The notes under the pieces: generated by a model
What the model was told of the DNA's origin: nothing
The model's input: the letters and a program-made list of their open reading frames with translations, nothing else
Databases searched by the model: none
NCBI GenBank assembly: GCA_963674825.1
Contig: OY771587.1
Location: forward strand, 1,920,001 to 1,984,000
DNA length: 64,000 bases
DNA from: Candidatus Cloacimonadales bacterium
GTDB taxonomy: Bacteria > Cloacimonadota > Cloacimonadia > Cloacimonadales > JAIOQZ01
Reading direction: 5' to 3'
Translations under genes and position numbers: made by a program
In this document: piece after piece, positions 19,693 to 29,814 of the stretch
How positions within the stretch are numbered: position 1 is the stretch's first letter
How the letters are laid out: each line of letters opens with the position of its first letter

Positions 19693-21438
19693 CTATTTCA
19701 GTAGCATTGCCTTGACCGTGCTACTTTCTTCGGCAGTATTCATACGGATGAGGTAGGTTCCGTTCGAGACATTTTTTCCTGACTGATCCGTCCCATCCCA
19801 TGTCACGCGATGCTCACCGTCGCTCATCAATTGGTTCACGAGAGAACGAACTTTCTGACCGCGAATATTGAACACGGCAACTTCCACATGTCCGGCCATT
19901 CTTAAGGAGAAGCTGATCGTTGTGTTTGGATTGAACGGGTTCGGATAGATGCTGTTAATCCCTGTAATATAGGTTACGTCTGGAGATTCTTCCTGTTCTT
20001 GTTCATCCGAAGTAAGTGTTACCGATACAGGACCGAAAAACTCGGAATGTCCGTCGAGCTCGACGCTTTCAAGCCAGTAATTGTAGGTTGTCTCGGTCTC
20101 AACATCCGAATCGACGTAGCTGTAGATGTTTTGCGACGATGAATTGTGCGGAGAGACGTAGTTCAGGTTGATTTTCGTCGCTTCTTCGAGTTCATCGCTC
20201 TGGTTGCGATAAATGTTGTACCCAATGAGGTCGCATTCGGACTCGGTCTGCCACTCGATCTGAACGAACGAACTGGCAGTTACGGATGCGGTAAAAGACG
20301 AGAGTTCGACTGGGAGTGAACCGTCATAGAAAGTGAACATAAGTATGATAGAAGGATAACCATCATTCATCTCACTGCTGATCATCCAGTAATCGTCAGA
20401 GCCGTTATCGCTTTCATAGACGAAATCCCAGCCGACGGCCGTGTACATATTGGGAAGGTCGTACGATTCGGTCGTCATCTGTGCGGTTGTTTTGCCAAGT
20501 ACAGTGCCTTCCGAGCTTGTTGCCTGAGATGTATCCATGTCCCAGAAACAGCCCATGATTGTTCCACCGCTGTCTTTTCCGCAGAAGCCATAGCTGTCTT
20601 GAATAGTAGAGTTAACGGTTACGGTACCTGTAGAATAGCAGTTCAAGATGAATGTATCATTGTCTCCCACAAATCCACCGATTTTCAGGAGATCGGGTAT
20701 TGTATTCTCGCAAGAGGCATTGCCCATGCTGTAACAATTGCGGATTAAGCCTGAATTCCATCCGACAAATCCACCAGCGCTGCCTTCCTCGGAATGCACT
20801 GCAACATCCGAGTTCGAAAGCTCAGTCAGGCCATCGTTCATACCAACGAGTCCACCAAGCATCCCGCCGATTCCGTTAACGGAGCCCATGCTGCTACAAT
20901 ACGATACGGTTCCGCCATTGTAACCGACGATGCCACCACCGCATTCGGTATTTACCATGACAGATCCCATCGTAATCACATGGTCGATAAATCCCAGAGA
21001 TGTACCGGCGACACAACCGATGTTGCTTCCGCCCGAAATATCGCAATTAATGATAAACAGTTGCTCGACTCTTGCTGTGGGTGAAAGCACGCCAAACAGC
21101 CCTGCGTTACCGGCTTCACCTGTGTTGCAATACAGATCGAAAATCCCGCAACCCCAGCCGTAATAGGTTCCCGTGAACTGCTCCATGAAGTATCCTATCG
21201 GGCTCCAGCCACTGCCTTCGTTCCATTCAGTGATTTCTGCAGGGAAAGTGATGTCGTTGATCTGTGCGAAGTGCTTGTCCCATGAGGTCGGATTTTCGGA
21301 TATCCACCACAGGTTTTGCCATGATGTGACGATGTACGGATTTCCGGCGGTTCCTCCGCCAATTGGTTGTATGGCTGTTTGAGCCATGATGATCATTGTA
21401 CTCACGAGAAATAATACGAAAAGCAGTCCCTTTTTCAT
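19693..21438 (-). CDS. Secreted GLUG-repeat protein with FlgD-type CTD
   Basis: Signal peptide, GGGTAGNPY, repeated GG(L/F/I)VG motifs, LPVELSSF, YPNPFNP...KAMLLK. Confidence 0.87.
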   Translation of the reverse strand: MKKGLLFVLFLVSTMIIMAQTAIQPIGGGTAGNPYIVTSWQNLWWISENPTSWDKHFAQINDITFPAEITEWNEGSGWSPIGYFMEQFTGTYYGWGCGIFDLYCNTGEAGNAGLFGVLSPTARVEQLFIINCDISGGSNIGCVAGTSLGFIDHVITMGSVMVNTECGGGIVGYNGGTVSYCSSMGSVNGIGGMLGGLVGMNDGLTELSNSDVAVHSEEGSAGGFVGWNSGLIRNCYSMGNASCENTIPDLLKIGGFVGDNDTFILNCYSTGTVTVNSTIQDSYGFCGKDSGGTIMGCFWDMDTSQATSSEGTVLGKTTAQMTTESYDLPNMYTAVGWDFVYESDNGSDDYWMISSEMNDGYPSIILMFTFYDGSLPVELSSFTASVTASSFVQIEWQTESECDLIGYNIYRNQSDELEEATKINLNYVSPHNSSSQNIYSYVDSDVETETTYNYWLESVELDGHSEFFGPVSVTLTSDEQEQEESPDVTYITGINSIYPNPFNPNTTISFSLRMAGHVEVAVFNIRGQKVRSLVNQLMSDGEHRVTWDGTDQSGKNVSNGTYLIRMNTAEESSTVKAMLLK

Positions 21439-21511
21439 TTTCAGTGTCTCCTTAAGTTTTATCGTTTACGTTGGAAATTCGTGTACTGTTTGAGCGTCAA
21501 AATCCCTAATA

Positions 21512-21527
21512 TACAATTATGGTGCCA
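21512..21527 (-). promoter_or_regulatory. Putative sigma54 promoter of the GLUG protein gene
   Basis: Minus strand TGGCACCATAATTGTA. Confidence 0.65.
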
Positions 21528-21609
21528 ATAGCGTAAAGAACTGATAAAGAATGAGATATGTTGAGGTGTGTGGTTTGGGTAGAGCAAGGGGAGAAAATAA
21601 AGGTCACAA

Positions 21610-21629
21610 AGCTGACGAATTCGTCAGCT
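21610..21629. promoter_or_regulatory. Perfect 20-bp palindrome; candidate activator site (copy 1)
   Basis: AGCTGACGAATTCGTCAGCT. Confidence 0.6.
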
Positions 21630-21825
21630 ATATTGACAGAGAATAGAAGAGCAATTCAGTGATGTTTGCTATCTTGCTGGGATGTGGTATAAACGATTTG
21701 GTGAAAAGAAAAATACTATCTGTATATTTTACTATAAGATGGCATATACAAAAATGTGATGACAGTGCATTCCTTGTGTTTTGCCGAAACAGATGGGTTG
21801 GTCATTATTCCTAAATCGTCAACCA

Positions 21826-21839
21826 TGACGAATTCGTCA
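21826..21839. promoter_or_regulatory. Second copy of the palindrome core
   Basis: TGACGAATTCGTCA, identical to 21613-21626. Confidence 0.6.
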
Positions 21840-21994
21840 GGGTGCCGTCCAATTTCTATGCTTTATATTGCGAAAAGAAGCTTCTGAACTGCATGTCGTT
21901 AAAAGCTGTGCAAATAATACAGAATTTCTTTGCCTAAAATCCCTATGTTCGATTCTATTGATTGCAGAAAAACGATAGTTTCACGGAGTGATTA

Positions 21995-23161
21995 TTGGAA
22001 GCAATACGGCTTGAAAATTTGAGCAAGGCTTTCGAGCCTCTGATGGCGGTGGATAACGTCAATCTAAAGATCGAGCAGGGCGAGCTTTATTCGTTTCTTG
22101 GCCCGAGCGGCTGCGGTAAAACCACGCTCTTGCGAATGATCGCCGGTTTCGAAGTGCCTACCGATGGCAGGATATTCATCGCGGGACAGGACATCACGGA
22201 TGTGCCGGCTTATAAGCGAAAAGTAAACACCATCTTCCAGAACTATTCCCTCTTTCCGCATATGACCGTGTTCGACAACACCGCGTTCGGACTGCGTATC
22301 CAGAAGATCCGCAAGAGCGAGATCGAAGATCGAGTCATGGAAATGCTGAAGCTGGTGAAGATGGAAGATCAGGCAGCGAAATTTCCGCGTCAGCTCAGCG
22401 GTGGCCAGAAACAGCGTATCGCTATTGCGCGTGCTCTGGTCAACCGGCCAGAAGTTTTGCTGCTCGACGAACCGCTTGCGGCGCTGGATCTCAAGCTGCG
22501 TCAGCACATGCTCATCGAGCTGATGAACATCCACGACGCGGTGGGAATCACCTTCATCTACGTCACGCACAACCAGGACGAAGCGATGAGTATCTCCGAT
22601 CGGATCGCGGTCATGAACCGTGGCCAGATCATTCAGGAAGGTCCGCCGGATGATATCTACGAACGCCCTCAGAGCATCTTCGCGGCGTATTTCATTGGCG
22701 ACACAAATATGATCCCCGCGACAGTGCTGGGTATCGAAGACAACTACGTCGATCTGCGCTACGAATCGAAGACCGGCGAAGGATTCGAATTCGATAGCAC
22801 TTTCCAGCGCGTTCCCGAACTCGGACAGAATATTACCGTCTCGCTACGCCCCGAGAAGATTGCCATTTCCCGCTCAAAGCCTGAGGACCAGGAAGATTTC
22901 AACGTACTCAAGGGCGTGATCGAGGACATTCTTTACCTCGGCACTCATACCCAGTATATCGTGCGGGTCGATGACCTGCGTTTCCGCGTTTTCAACCAGC
23001 ATAAACGCGTCTATTTCGACGATAAAGCATTGGACTGGGAGGAAGAAGTTTACCTCTACTGGCACGACACCGACACTCATATCATCGAGGAAGTTGAAGA
23101 GGATTATCGCCAGGAAGACCTCAACGTTCTCGATCAGACCAATCTGGAAAGCAGGCACTGA
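21995..23161 (+). CDS. potA: Spermidine/putrescine ABC transporter ATPase
   Basis: GPSGCGKTT, LSGGQKQR, LLLDEPL..LDLKLR, TOBE tail. Confidence 0.92.
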   Translation: MEAIRLENLSKAFEPLMAVDNVNLKIEQGELYSFLGPSGCGKTTLLRMIAGFEVPTDGRIFIAGQDITDVPAYKRKVNTIFQNYSLFPHMTVFDNTAFGLRIQKIRKSEIEDRVMEMLKLVKMEDQAAKFPRQLSGGQKQRIAIARALVNRPEVLLLDEPLAALDLKLRQHMLIELMNIHDAVGITFIYVTHNQDEAMSISDRIAVMNRGQIIQEGPPDDIYERPQSIFAAYFIGDTNMIPATVLGIEDNYVDLRYESKTGEGFEFDSTFQRVPELGQNITVSLRPEKIAISRSKPEDQEDFNVLKGVIEDILYLGTHTQYIVRVDDLRFRVFNQHKRVYFDDKALDWEEEVYLYWHDTDTHIIEEVEEDYRQEDLNVLDQTNLESRH

Positions 23162-23163
23162 TA

Positions 23164-24042
23164 ATGCCCATATCAATCAGTGAACAACGCCTGGACGAAA
23201 AGCGAAATACCCGGAGCTGGATACTATCCGCACCGGTGATTATATGGCTGGTGATCTTCTTTTTGATTCCCTATCTGATCATCTTCCTCTACAGCTTTCT
23301 GACAACCAATGTGTATGACGTGCAGTTTCGGTTCTCGTTGGACGCATTCCGGCAGGTTTTTCGACCAATTTACCTGAAGCCGTTCCTGCTCGCGTTCCGG
23401 CTTGCCACTATAACAACCGCACTTTGTCTCATTCTGGGATACCCTGTTGCTTACCACATTGCGAGAAGCTCACAGAAGATGAAAAATTACCTGCTGCTTC
23501 TCATCATTATCCCGTTCTGGACCAATTTTGTGATCCGCATCTTTTCATGGCGGGTCTTTCTTTCTGCAAACGGCGTTCTGAATGAAACGCTTATGTATTT
23601 CAACCTGATCGACGAGCCATTGCGACTGCTGCGTACCGATCTGGCAGTGATCCTGGTGACCGTTTATGTCTATCTGCCCTACATGATCTTTCCGCTTTAC
23701 AGCGCGATCGAGAAAATGGATTTCACGTTGCTCGATGCGGCCCGTGACCTCGGTGCGAACGAGGTGACATCATTCTTCAAAATCACCCTGCCGCTCTCGC
23801 GAGAAGGGATTGTCGCCGGGATTATCCTGGTGTTCATTCCAGCACTGGGAACGTACGTGATCCCGCACCTTGTGGGGCATCAGAACGCGCTTTACATAGG
23901 GCAGATTATCACCTACAAGATCAAGAACATCCCGCGAAACTGGCCGCTTGCCTCAGCGCTATCGCTTTCGCTGTTGATTCTGGTCAGCCTGATTCTTTTT
24001 TTCCTGACGCGGCGCTACAAGCGTGAAAGGAAGGTCTCATGA
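23164..24042 (+). CDS. potB: Polyamine ABC permease
   Basis: PFWTNFVIR, AARDLGA, NWPLASA. Confidence 0.9.
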   Translation: MPISISEQRLDEKRNTRSWILSAPVIIWLVIFFLIPYLIIFLYSFLTTNVYDVQFRFSLDAFRQVFRPIYLKPFLLAFRLATITTALCLILGYPVAYHIARSSQKMKNYLLLLIIIPFWTNFVIRIFSWRVFLSANGVLNETLMYFNLIDEPLRLLRTDLAVILVTVYVYLPYMIFPLYSAIEKMDFTLLDAARDLGANEVTSFFKITLPLSREGIVAGIILVFIPALGTYVIPHLVGHQNALYIGQIITYKIKNIPRNWPLASALSLSLLILVSLILFFLTRRYKRERKVS

Positions 24043-24833
24043 ATCGTCAACGCGGTTTCTACAAGGGGATGAACCTTACTCTTTTCACCTTCGCAATGAT
24101 CTTTCTGTATATTCCGATCATCATTATGATCGTTTACAGCTTCAATGATTCCAAGATCGTCGCCGGCTGGAAGGGATTTACCTTCAAATATTACGTCGAT
24201 CTGATGAATAACGAGAATATCAGGCTCGCTTTCCGCAACACCATGCTGATCGCGTTCCTTTCGACGCTGATCTCCACCGTTTTGGGTACGCTTGGGGCGC
24301 TGGCACTGGAAAACCTCCGTTTCAAGGGGCGGAAGCTGCTCAACATCCTTGTGTTCATTCCGCTGATCATGCCCGATATCCTCATGGGTGTTTCCATGGC
24401 GATGTTCTACAGCTTCCTGAGGGTCAAGACGGGGATGCTCACCGTCCTCATCGCGCATGTGACCTTCTGCCTCTCCTATGCGGTGATCGTGATCCGGTCA
24501 CGGCTGGAGGGCTTTGACGGATCGCTTTTGGAAGCGTCCATGGACCTGGGCGCGAATCCGTGGCAGACTTTTTTCAAGATCAAGCTGCCGCTGATGATGC
24601 CAGGGATCATCGCTGCAGCGCTGCTGGCGTTTACGCTGTCTATCGACGATTTCATCATCACCTTCTTTACCACGGGCCGAGGATTCAATACGCTGCCCAT
24701 CTATGTGGAAGGAGGTATCCGGCGCGGAACGATCACCACCATCAATGCGCTGTCGTCCCTGATGATAGCCGCGACAATCGTGATCGTGTTCCTCTCGAGG
24801 AGATTCCACAAGGCTATCTTGAAGCATCTGTAA
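24039..24833 (+). CDS. potC: Polyamine ABC permease
   Basis: YSFN..W.GFT, EASMDLGA, FTLSIDDF. Confidence 0.9.
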   Translation: MNRQRGFYKGMNLTLFTFAMIFLYIPIIIMIVYSFNDSKIVAGWKGFTFKYYVDLMNNENIRLAFRNTMLIAFLSTLISTVLGTLGALALENLRFKGRKLLNILVFIPLIMPDILMGVSMAMFYSFLRVKTGMLTVLIAHVTFCLSYAVIVIRSRLEGFDGSLLEASMDLGANPWQTFFKIKLPLMMPGIIAAALLAFTLSIDDFIITFFTTGRGFNTLPIYVEGGIRRGTITTINALSSLMIAATIVIVFLSRRFHKAILKHL

Positions 24834-24917
24834 CCCCGAAACCTCTTCCTTTGGGCGGAAATCAGGAAATTCCTTTACAATTTCATGCCGCGTATTCATT
24901 CTTTCGATGAGGTGAAT

Positions 24918-25373
24918 ATGTCGGTATTTTCAGAGGAATTGATTTTTATCCATCCGGAATGTGCAGAAAAACGAGACTGCTTAAAAAATATGGTCACGGT
25001 TTTACAGAACCGTGGTTATATAGAAGAGGACGACGATTTTCTGCAGAAAGTATTGGAGCGCGAGGATACGATGACCACCGGCATCGGATACGGAATCGCC
25101 ATTCCGCATGGACGCAGCAAGTCGGTGCGCGAGCTGAAAATCCTCGTATATATCCTTGACAAGGCGATCGATTTCAACTCGATTGACCGACAACCGGTAC
25201 AATTGATCTTCATGTTTGCCGTTCCACTGGATGGCAAGGAGAAATACATGCCGGTTTTGGGTGCGGTAACGACGTTTCTGCGTGATCGTGATAACCGCAA
25301 AAGACTGATTGAAACCACATCCCTCGAAGAGGCGATGGAAATACTGCACGAGATAAAAATCGGGAGTGAATGA
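24918..25373 (+). CDS. PTS EIIA (PtsN/fructose-type) protein
   Basis: RE..MTTGIGYGIAIPHG; RBS GAGGTG. Confidence 0.88.
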   Translation: MSVFSEELIFIHPECAEKRDCLKNMVTVLQNRGYIEEDDDFLQKVLEREDTMTTGIGYGIAIPHGRSKSVRELKILVYILDKAIDFNSIDRQPVQLIFMFAVPLDGKEKYMPVLGAVTTFLRDRDNRKRLIETTSLEEAMEILHEIKIGSE

Positions 25374-26324
25374 ATGCGTATCAGACGTTTGACCGTCCTT
25401 GCCGTCCTGTTGATGTCGGCAACCCTCTCCTTTGCGATACATGATGACGCGGGAACCACGGGATTCAGTTTCCTGAGGATGAATTTTTCCACGCACGCAG
25501 CCGCCATGGCTAACGCCTTTACCGCCGATACCGGCACCGCCGACGGAGTTTTCTTCAATAGCGCGGGTCTAACCCGTACAAAGGGTACCATTTTTTCCGT
25601 CTCCGGTATGAGCTATATCGAAGGTTTCTACGGTGGTTCAGCCGTATTCGTGAAACCGATCCAGGATCAGGTCAAGCTGGCCGTGTTCACTCAGACACTC
25701 ACCAAATCCGGAATCACACGTACTACTGTTGATGAAAACGGTTATTACGGTGGTGAAGACGGAACCTACGGCGCTTCCAACTTCGTGTTCGGCCTTGGCT
25801 CCGGCTTCACGGTAGCACCGGTTATCGACGCCGGTATCAACGTGAAGTATATCCACGAATCGATCGACGACAAAAGCGCTTCTGCTATCGCGATCGACGT
25901 CTCGCTTCTACATCAGACGGTTAACGAAGACATCCGTGTTGGCTTGGCTATGAAAAACCTCGGTTCGCAGATTACCTATTATACCGATGAAGAGCACGAC
26001 GAAGGCCTTCCCTTTGGATTCACCGCCGGTATGAATTATACACCCACCAAGAAGATGACCATCGATTTTGATGTGGAAATCCCTATGGAATACGATGTTA
26101 CCGGACGCCTCGGCGCTCAGTATATGCTGCATGACATGCTTGCGCTACGCGCGGGATATAAGTACGAAGGACATCAGTGGAAAACCGGCGGCGACTACGA
26201 CCTATTCTCCGGTATCTCCTGTGGTTTCGGTGTTTACTGGAACAACTTCATCATTGATTACGCGGTGAGTTCTTACGGCGATCTTGGATTTGTTAATCAG
26301 GCGTCTGTGAGCTATTCATTCTAG
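25374..26324 (+). CDS. PorV/PorQ family outer-membrane beta-barrel
   Basis: Signal peptide, AGTTGFSFL.....AAAMANA, FFNSAGL, terminal YSF. Confidence 0.82.
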   Translation: MRIRRLTVLAVLLMSATLSFAIHDDAGTTGFSFLRMNFSTHAAAMANAFTADTGTADGVFFNSAGLTRTKGTIFSVSGMSYIEGFYGGSAVFVKPIQDQVKLAVFTQTLTKSGITRTTVDENGYYGGEDGTYGASNFVFGLGSGFTVAPVIDAGINVKYIHESIDDKSASAIAIDVSLLHQTVNEDIRVGLAMKNLGSQITYYTDEEHDEGLPFGFTAGMNYTPTKKMTIDFDVEIPMEYDVTGRLGAQYMLHDMLALRAGYKYEGHQWKTGGDYDLFSGISCGFGVYWNNFIIDYAVSSYGDLGFVNQASVSYSF

Positions 26325-27699
26325 CGATATTATCAGCAATAAACTTTGTCCAAGCTGATCGTATGACGATCAGCTTTTTATTTTCTTTCTCATCAAACGA
26401 TTTGTCAAGATCCACCATCATTTCGTTCTCTGTGTATTGGTTCAAGGAGATGCTTTTCAAATTGTTCATTTTGTGCAGGATCTCCTGAATGCGTTTAATA
26501 CATTCATGGATTTTCTGTATTCGCCTGAAGCACTCTTCTCCGCATTCACTGCTCGTTTCCAGCATTTCAACATGCATCAGCATGATCTGAAGCGGTTGGT
26601 TCATCTCATGGCTTGCGGTCACACTCATGGCGGATACTGTCTCGAGTTTACCCAGTGCCTCTTTGTTCGTCATATACTTCAGATAGAAAATAGTCAGGAA
26701 GATCATGAGTGTAAAAACACAGACGATAGCAGCCGATCTGGTTAAGAAGTGACGCCAAATAAGGTTGAATGGCTCAAATTCCTGCGAGAATTGCAGGAAG
26801 TATCCGACCTTCTCACCACTGTAGTTTTCGATAGGTACACCGGTTACGAGATATTTACCATTTTCTGTGGATATACAATTGCAGAATGGTTTGAAATCCT
26901 GGATATCCTGGCAGCAATTACTAAATGGATTTTCTTTACCGGTAAGGTTTGAGAATTTTTCAAGTAAATCTTTATCAACCGCCTGTAAATCAACGTAAAA
27001 ATTGGGATTAATTGTGCTGGGAATGTAGTTTTCTAAACGGGATTCCTCGAAAACATGTTTATCGACAACTTCTTTCGATATAAGGAAATGATAGTCGTAG
27101 CCGTACAATTCTTTGAGATTCTTGATGATCATGGAGGCCGAAGTACTGAATTCGACGCTGCCGACATGCTCCCGATTATAGAATAATGGGAATACGAACC
27201 TATAGCCATTATACACTTTGCCTTCCTCAAAACCAATTTGCTCCTTGAGCTGCCTGTTAGCCTCCAGAACAGTTTTCCGCGTATCCGCAAGTAAATCGCC
27301 GTAACGGTTCGGCTTGTGCATGCGCAGGAAACTCTCCGTCGAAGGAAGGTGATAGTGGAATTGCCGAAAGTTGTACTTCAACAGGATCGAGTAAAGTACG
27401 ATGCTCCTTTCGTAAAGTTTATAGCGAATGGCTCTTTTTTCCTGATCTGATTTTGCGTGGACCGCTTCATGCATCAATTCTTCGAGATCGGTATAGTTGA
27501 ACTGTGTTTCAAAAACCAGATGGGCCATGTGATAGTAGATACTCTCGGTAATCATGATCTTGTTTTGCAGATTATCAATATTGTATTGAATGATTTCGTT
27601 CTTTTTGGTTCGATAACTCCAGTAGAAGAACAGAACAGAAAGAATCATAAGGACGAACAGAATGCTGATTATGATGAAGCTACTCGATCTTTTAAACAT
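26293..27699 (-). CDS. Membrane sensor: periplasmic Cache-type domain plus HisKA-like domain, no HATPase domain
   Basis: Two TMs flanking SFLRMHKP..YGD / GFEEG...GYR.VFP; AMSVTASHEMNQPL; no N/G1/G2 boxes. Confidence 0.78.
   Translation of the reverse strand: MFKRSSSFIIISILFVLMILSVLFFYWSYRTKKNEIIQYNIDNLQNKIMITESIYYHMAHLVFETQFNYTDLEELMHEAVHAKSDQEKRAIRYKLYERSIVLYSILLKYNFRQFHYHLPSTESFLRMHKPNRYGDLLADTRKTVLEANRQLKEQIGFEEGKVYNGYRFVFPLFYNREHVGSVEFSTSASMIIKNLKELYGYDYHFLISKEVVDKHVFEESRLENYIPSTINPNFYVDLQAVDKDLLEKFSNLTGKENPFSNCCQDIQDFKPFCNCISTENGKYLVTGVPIENYSGEKVGYFLQFSQEFEPFNLIWRHFLTRSAAIVCVFTLMIFLTIFYLKYMTNKEALGKLETVSAMSVTASHEMNQPLQIMLMHVEMLETSSECGEECFRRIQKIHECIKRIQEILHKMNNLKSISLNQYTENEMMVDLDKSFDEKENKKLIVIRSAWTKFIADNIARMNSSQTPD
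26352..26379 (+). terminator. Rho-independent terminator after the PorV-like gene
   Basis: AAGCTGATCGT/ACGATCAGCTT stem plus T-tract. Confidence 0.7.
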
Positions 27700-27800
27700 C
27701 TATACTCCCGCAACTTTACGCAATAGACAATATAATTCAGAAACACGTATGTCCAAAGAAAACGAGTGACGAGAGTTTATTTTATTAATTAATTATATAA

Positions 27801-28952
27801 TTAGAAGAATGCCCTGATTCTGAGCAAGCCTCCGACATCTGAAACACCATATTCAGAATTTTTACTGCCAATGGGAATGTATAGAACGATGTCTGTTTCG
27901 ATGTTATCGCCGAGAGTGAAATCGACCCAGGGGTAGAGGATCGCGCTACCATCATTGAGATTGTACGATGCGTAGAACGAGCCGTTCATGAGTTCAGTCA
28001 ACGGATATTGGATCATCGCGAAGCCGTAATCTCGTCCGAGGCTTTCCGATGTTCCCTCCAGGTAATTCGCCCAGTCGTCGAAGGTATAATCGTCACGATC
28101 CGTTTGACCGTTGTTGTTGCGGTAGTATTCAGCCATAAAATACAGGCCGTTTTCGAAGGTGTAGTCGGAACCGGCAAGCAGTTGAAGATAATCATCAATC
28201 TCGTTACCTGTCCGATAGGCGGCTTCAGCCCATACGCCCAGACCGAAAAGCTGACCGGAGACATCGCTGCCGTATTGATTGATAGATTCATGTGAAGCTT
28301 GTGCCATCCTGACGTAACTGAGGCTGAAATCGTAGTCAAGCACCTTTGAGCGGATCTTGATGGCACGTTTACTTGCCTCCCAATCCTCAGCGGAATTCAT
28401 GATTGCAGTGACTGTGGTGTTCAGGTCGAGATTATAGTCGAGCTTGAAGGCGTTGATGCCCTCTTTATCGTAGGTCGGGTCGAGGATATTCTTCTGGTGA
28501 AAACAATCCGTTGGATTACGCGAATAGCCGGTTCCCCACGGGATGAGCTGCCTTCCTACCCGAAGGTCAAATTGCTTCCAGTAGATAGTGATATTGGCAT
28601 TGTCGAGGTAGTAGCGATTGTCGTACTTGTAGTAGAATATCTGGTCCAAGTCTTCCACCGGGACGTTCATTGAATCAGCATATTCCAGCAAGACATCCTC
28701 GGGAATGCATTCGGAGGCGAGAATTGTCCTTTTCCCATCGTAGAGCTCGATATTGTAGTTCGCCTGGAAATCGATATTGTCATCAATCGATCCGCTGAGA
28801 TCCAGCCGCAGTTTATTCAAGTCGGTCATCTTCATGCTGGTGTCGAACATCTGCGGATAGAGCGAGTTCTCGTATTGCCCGGATACATCGACATTCAGTG
28901 CGACGAGAGACAGAGTCAGCAGCATGAACCCGATGCAAAGAATCAGCCTCAT
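27801..28952 (-). CDS. Putative outer-membrane beta-barrel protein
   Basis: Signal peptide, GRQ.I.WG....NPTD, terminal Phe; RBS GAGG. Confidence 0.75.
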   Translation of the reverse strand: MRLILCIGFMLLTLSLVALNVDVSGQYENSLYPQMFDTSMKMTDLNKLRLDLSGSIDDNIDFQANYNIELYDGKRTILASECIPEDVLLEYADSMNVPVEDLDQIFYYKYDNRYYLDNANITIYWKQFDLRVGRQLIPWGTGYSRNPTDCFHQKNILDPTYDKEGINAFKLDYNLDLNTTVTAIMNSAEDWEASKRAIKIRSKVLDYDFSLSYVRMAQASHESINQYGSDVSGQLFGLGVWAEAAYRTGNEIDDYLQLLAGSDYTFENGLYFMAEYYRNNNGQTDRDDYTFDDWANYLEGTSESLGRDYGFAMIQYPLTELMNGSFYASYNLNDGSAILYPWVDFTLGDNIETDIVLYIPIGSKNSEYGVSDVGGLLRIRAFF

Positions 28953-28959
28953 ATTGACC

Positions 28960-29697
28960 TCACTTGCGTTTGAGATAGCTTCTTGTGAACATTGCATCAT
29001 CCAGCTCGACGCCAAACTTGATGGAGCTTGTTTCCATGATGGTCTTACCACCTTCGAGCAAGTTGGTCATGGTCATTTTCATGGGTGTCCAATGGCCGTC
29101 GATATCCCGGATATCCGAGCAGATGAGCCTTTTCTCCAGCTCATTATCGGTGTAGTAATCGATGCGGATGCTGGTGAAGCGCTCCTTGTCCGCCCACAGG
29201 ATTAGCTTCGAGTAGGACGGTCCCTTTGGTGTGGGAATCAGTTCAATCTGGTAGCAAGGACGCCCTTCCACCTCTTCTTCGCCCAGTAGCTTGTAAGTGT
29301 ATTGATCCGAGATTTTTCCGCCGCTGATGTCTTCGTAGCTGAAATCACTGCCCTGCACTTTCTTCTTACGTGCGTGTCCGGCAAGATGCCGGTCGCGGCC
29401 TGTCTTGGGTGTGAAGAAGTAGATATCGTTGCCGTCATCGAGCATCAGGATCTTGTCGCCTTTGATACGTGCGGGTGCGGTATAGATGGTGAGTTGCTTA
29501 TCATTCAGGTCTTTGGTAAACATCTCATACTCGAGGGTACGCGTCTCGCCACCGGAGGTTTCGATGGTCTGACTGCCGGTTCCCTGGCTGGACTGCACCC
29601 GTTCGTTGTCGTCAATTTTCTGGATAATCTCATCCGGCGTGAGTGCAATCAGCCCGATGGCCATGATCGCGAAGAAAATCGTGCTTATCGTACGCAT
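28960..29697 (-). CDS. Outer-membrane lipoprotein-sorting (LolA-like) protein
   Basis: GSDFSYED, YSK...W.D, FTRSYL. Confidence 0.85.
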   Translation of the reverse strand: MRTISTIFFAIMAIGLIALTPDEIIQKIDDNERVQSSQGTGSQTIETSGGETRTLEYEMFTKDLNDKQLTIYTAPARIKGDKILMLDDGNDIYFFTPKTGRDRHLAGHARKKKVQGSDFSYEDISGGKISDQYTYKLLGEEEVEGRPCYQIELIPTPKGPSYSKLILWADKERFTSIRIDYYTDNELEKRLICSDIRDIDGHWTPMKMTMTNLLEGGKTIMETSSIKFGVELDDAMFTRSYLKRK

Positions 29698-29713
29698 AGT
29701 TGCTCCTATGTTT

Positions 29714-29810
29714 TCTCACCCCATCCCTCTCCCATTGCTGGGCGAGAGAATGGTAAGGTTGAGGTTTTTTTAGTTCCCCCGACCATTTACGGAAGAGGGT
29801 TGGGGTGAGA
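29714..29810. repeat. REP-like palindromic element
   Basis: TCTCACCCCATCCCTCTCCC ... GGAAGAGGGTTGGGGTGAGA inverted arms within an operon. Confidence 0.55.
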
Positions 29811-29814
29811 TTCT

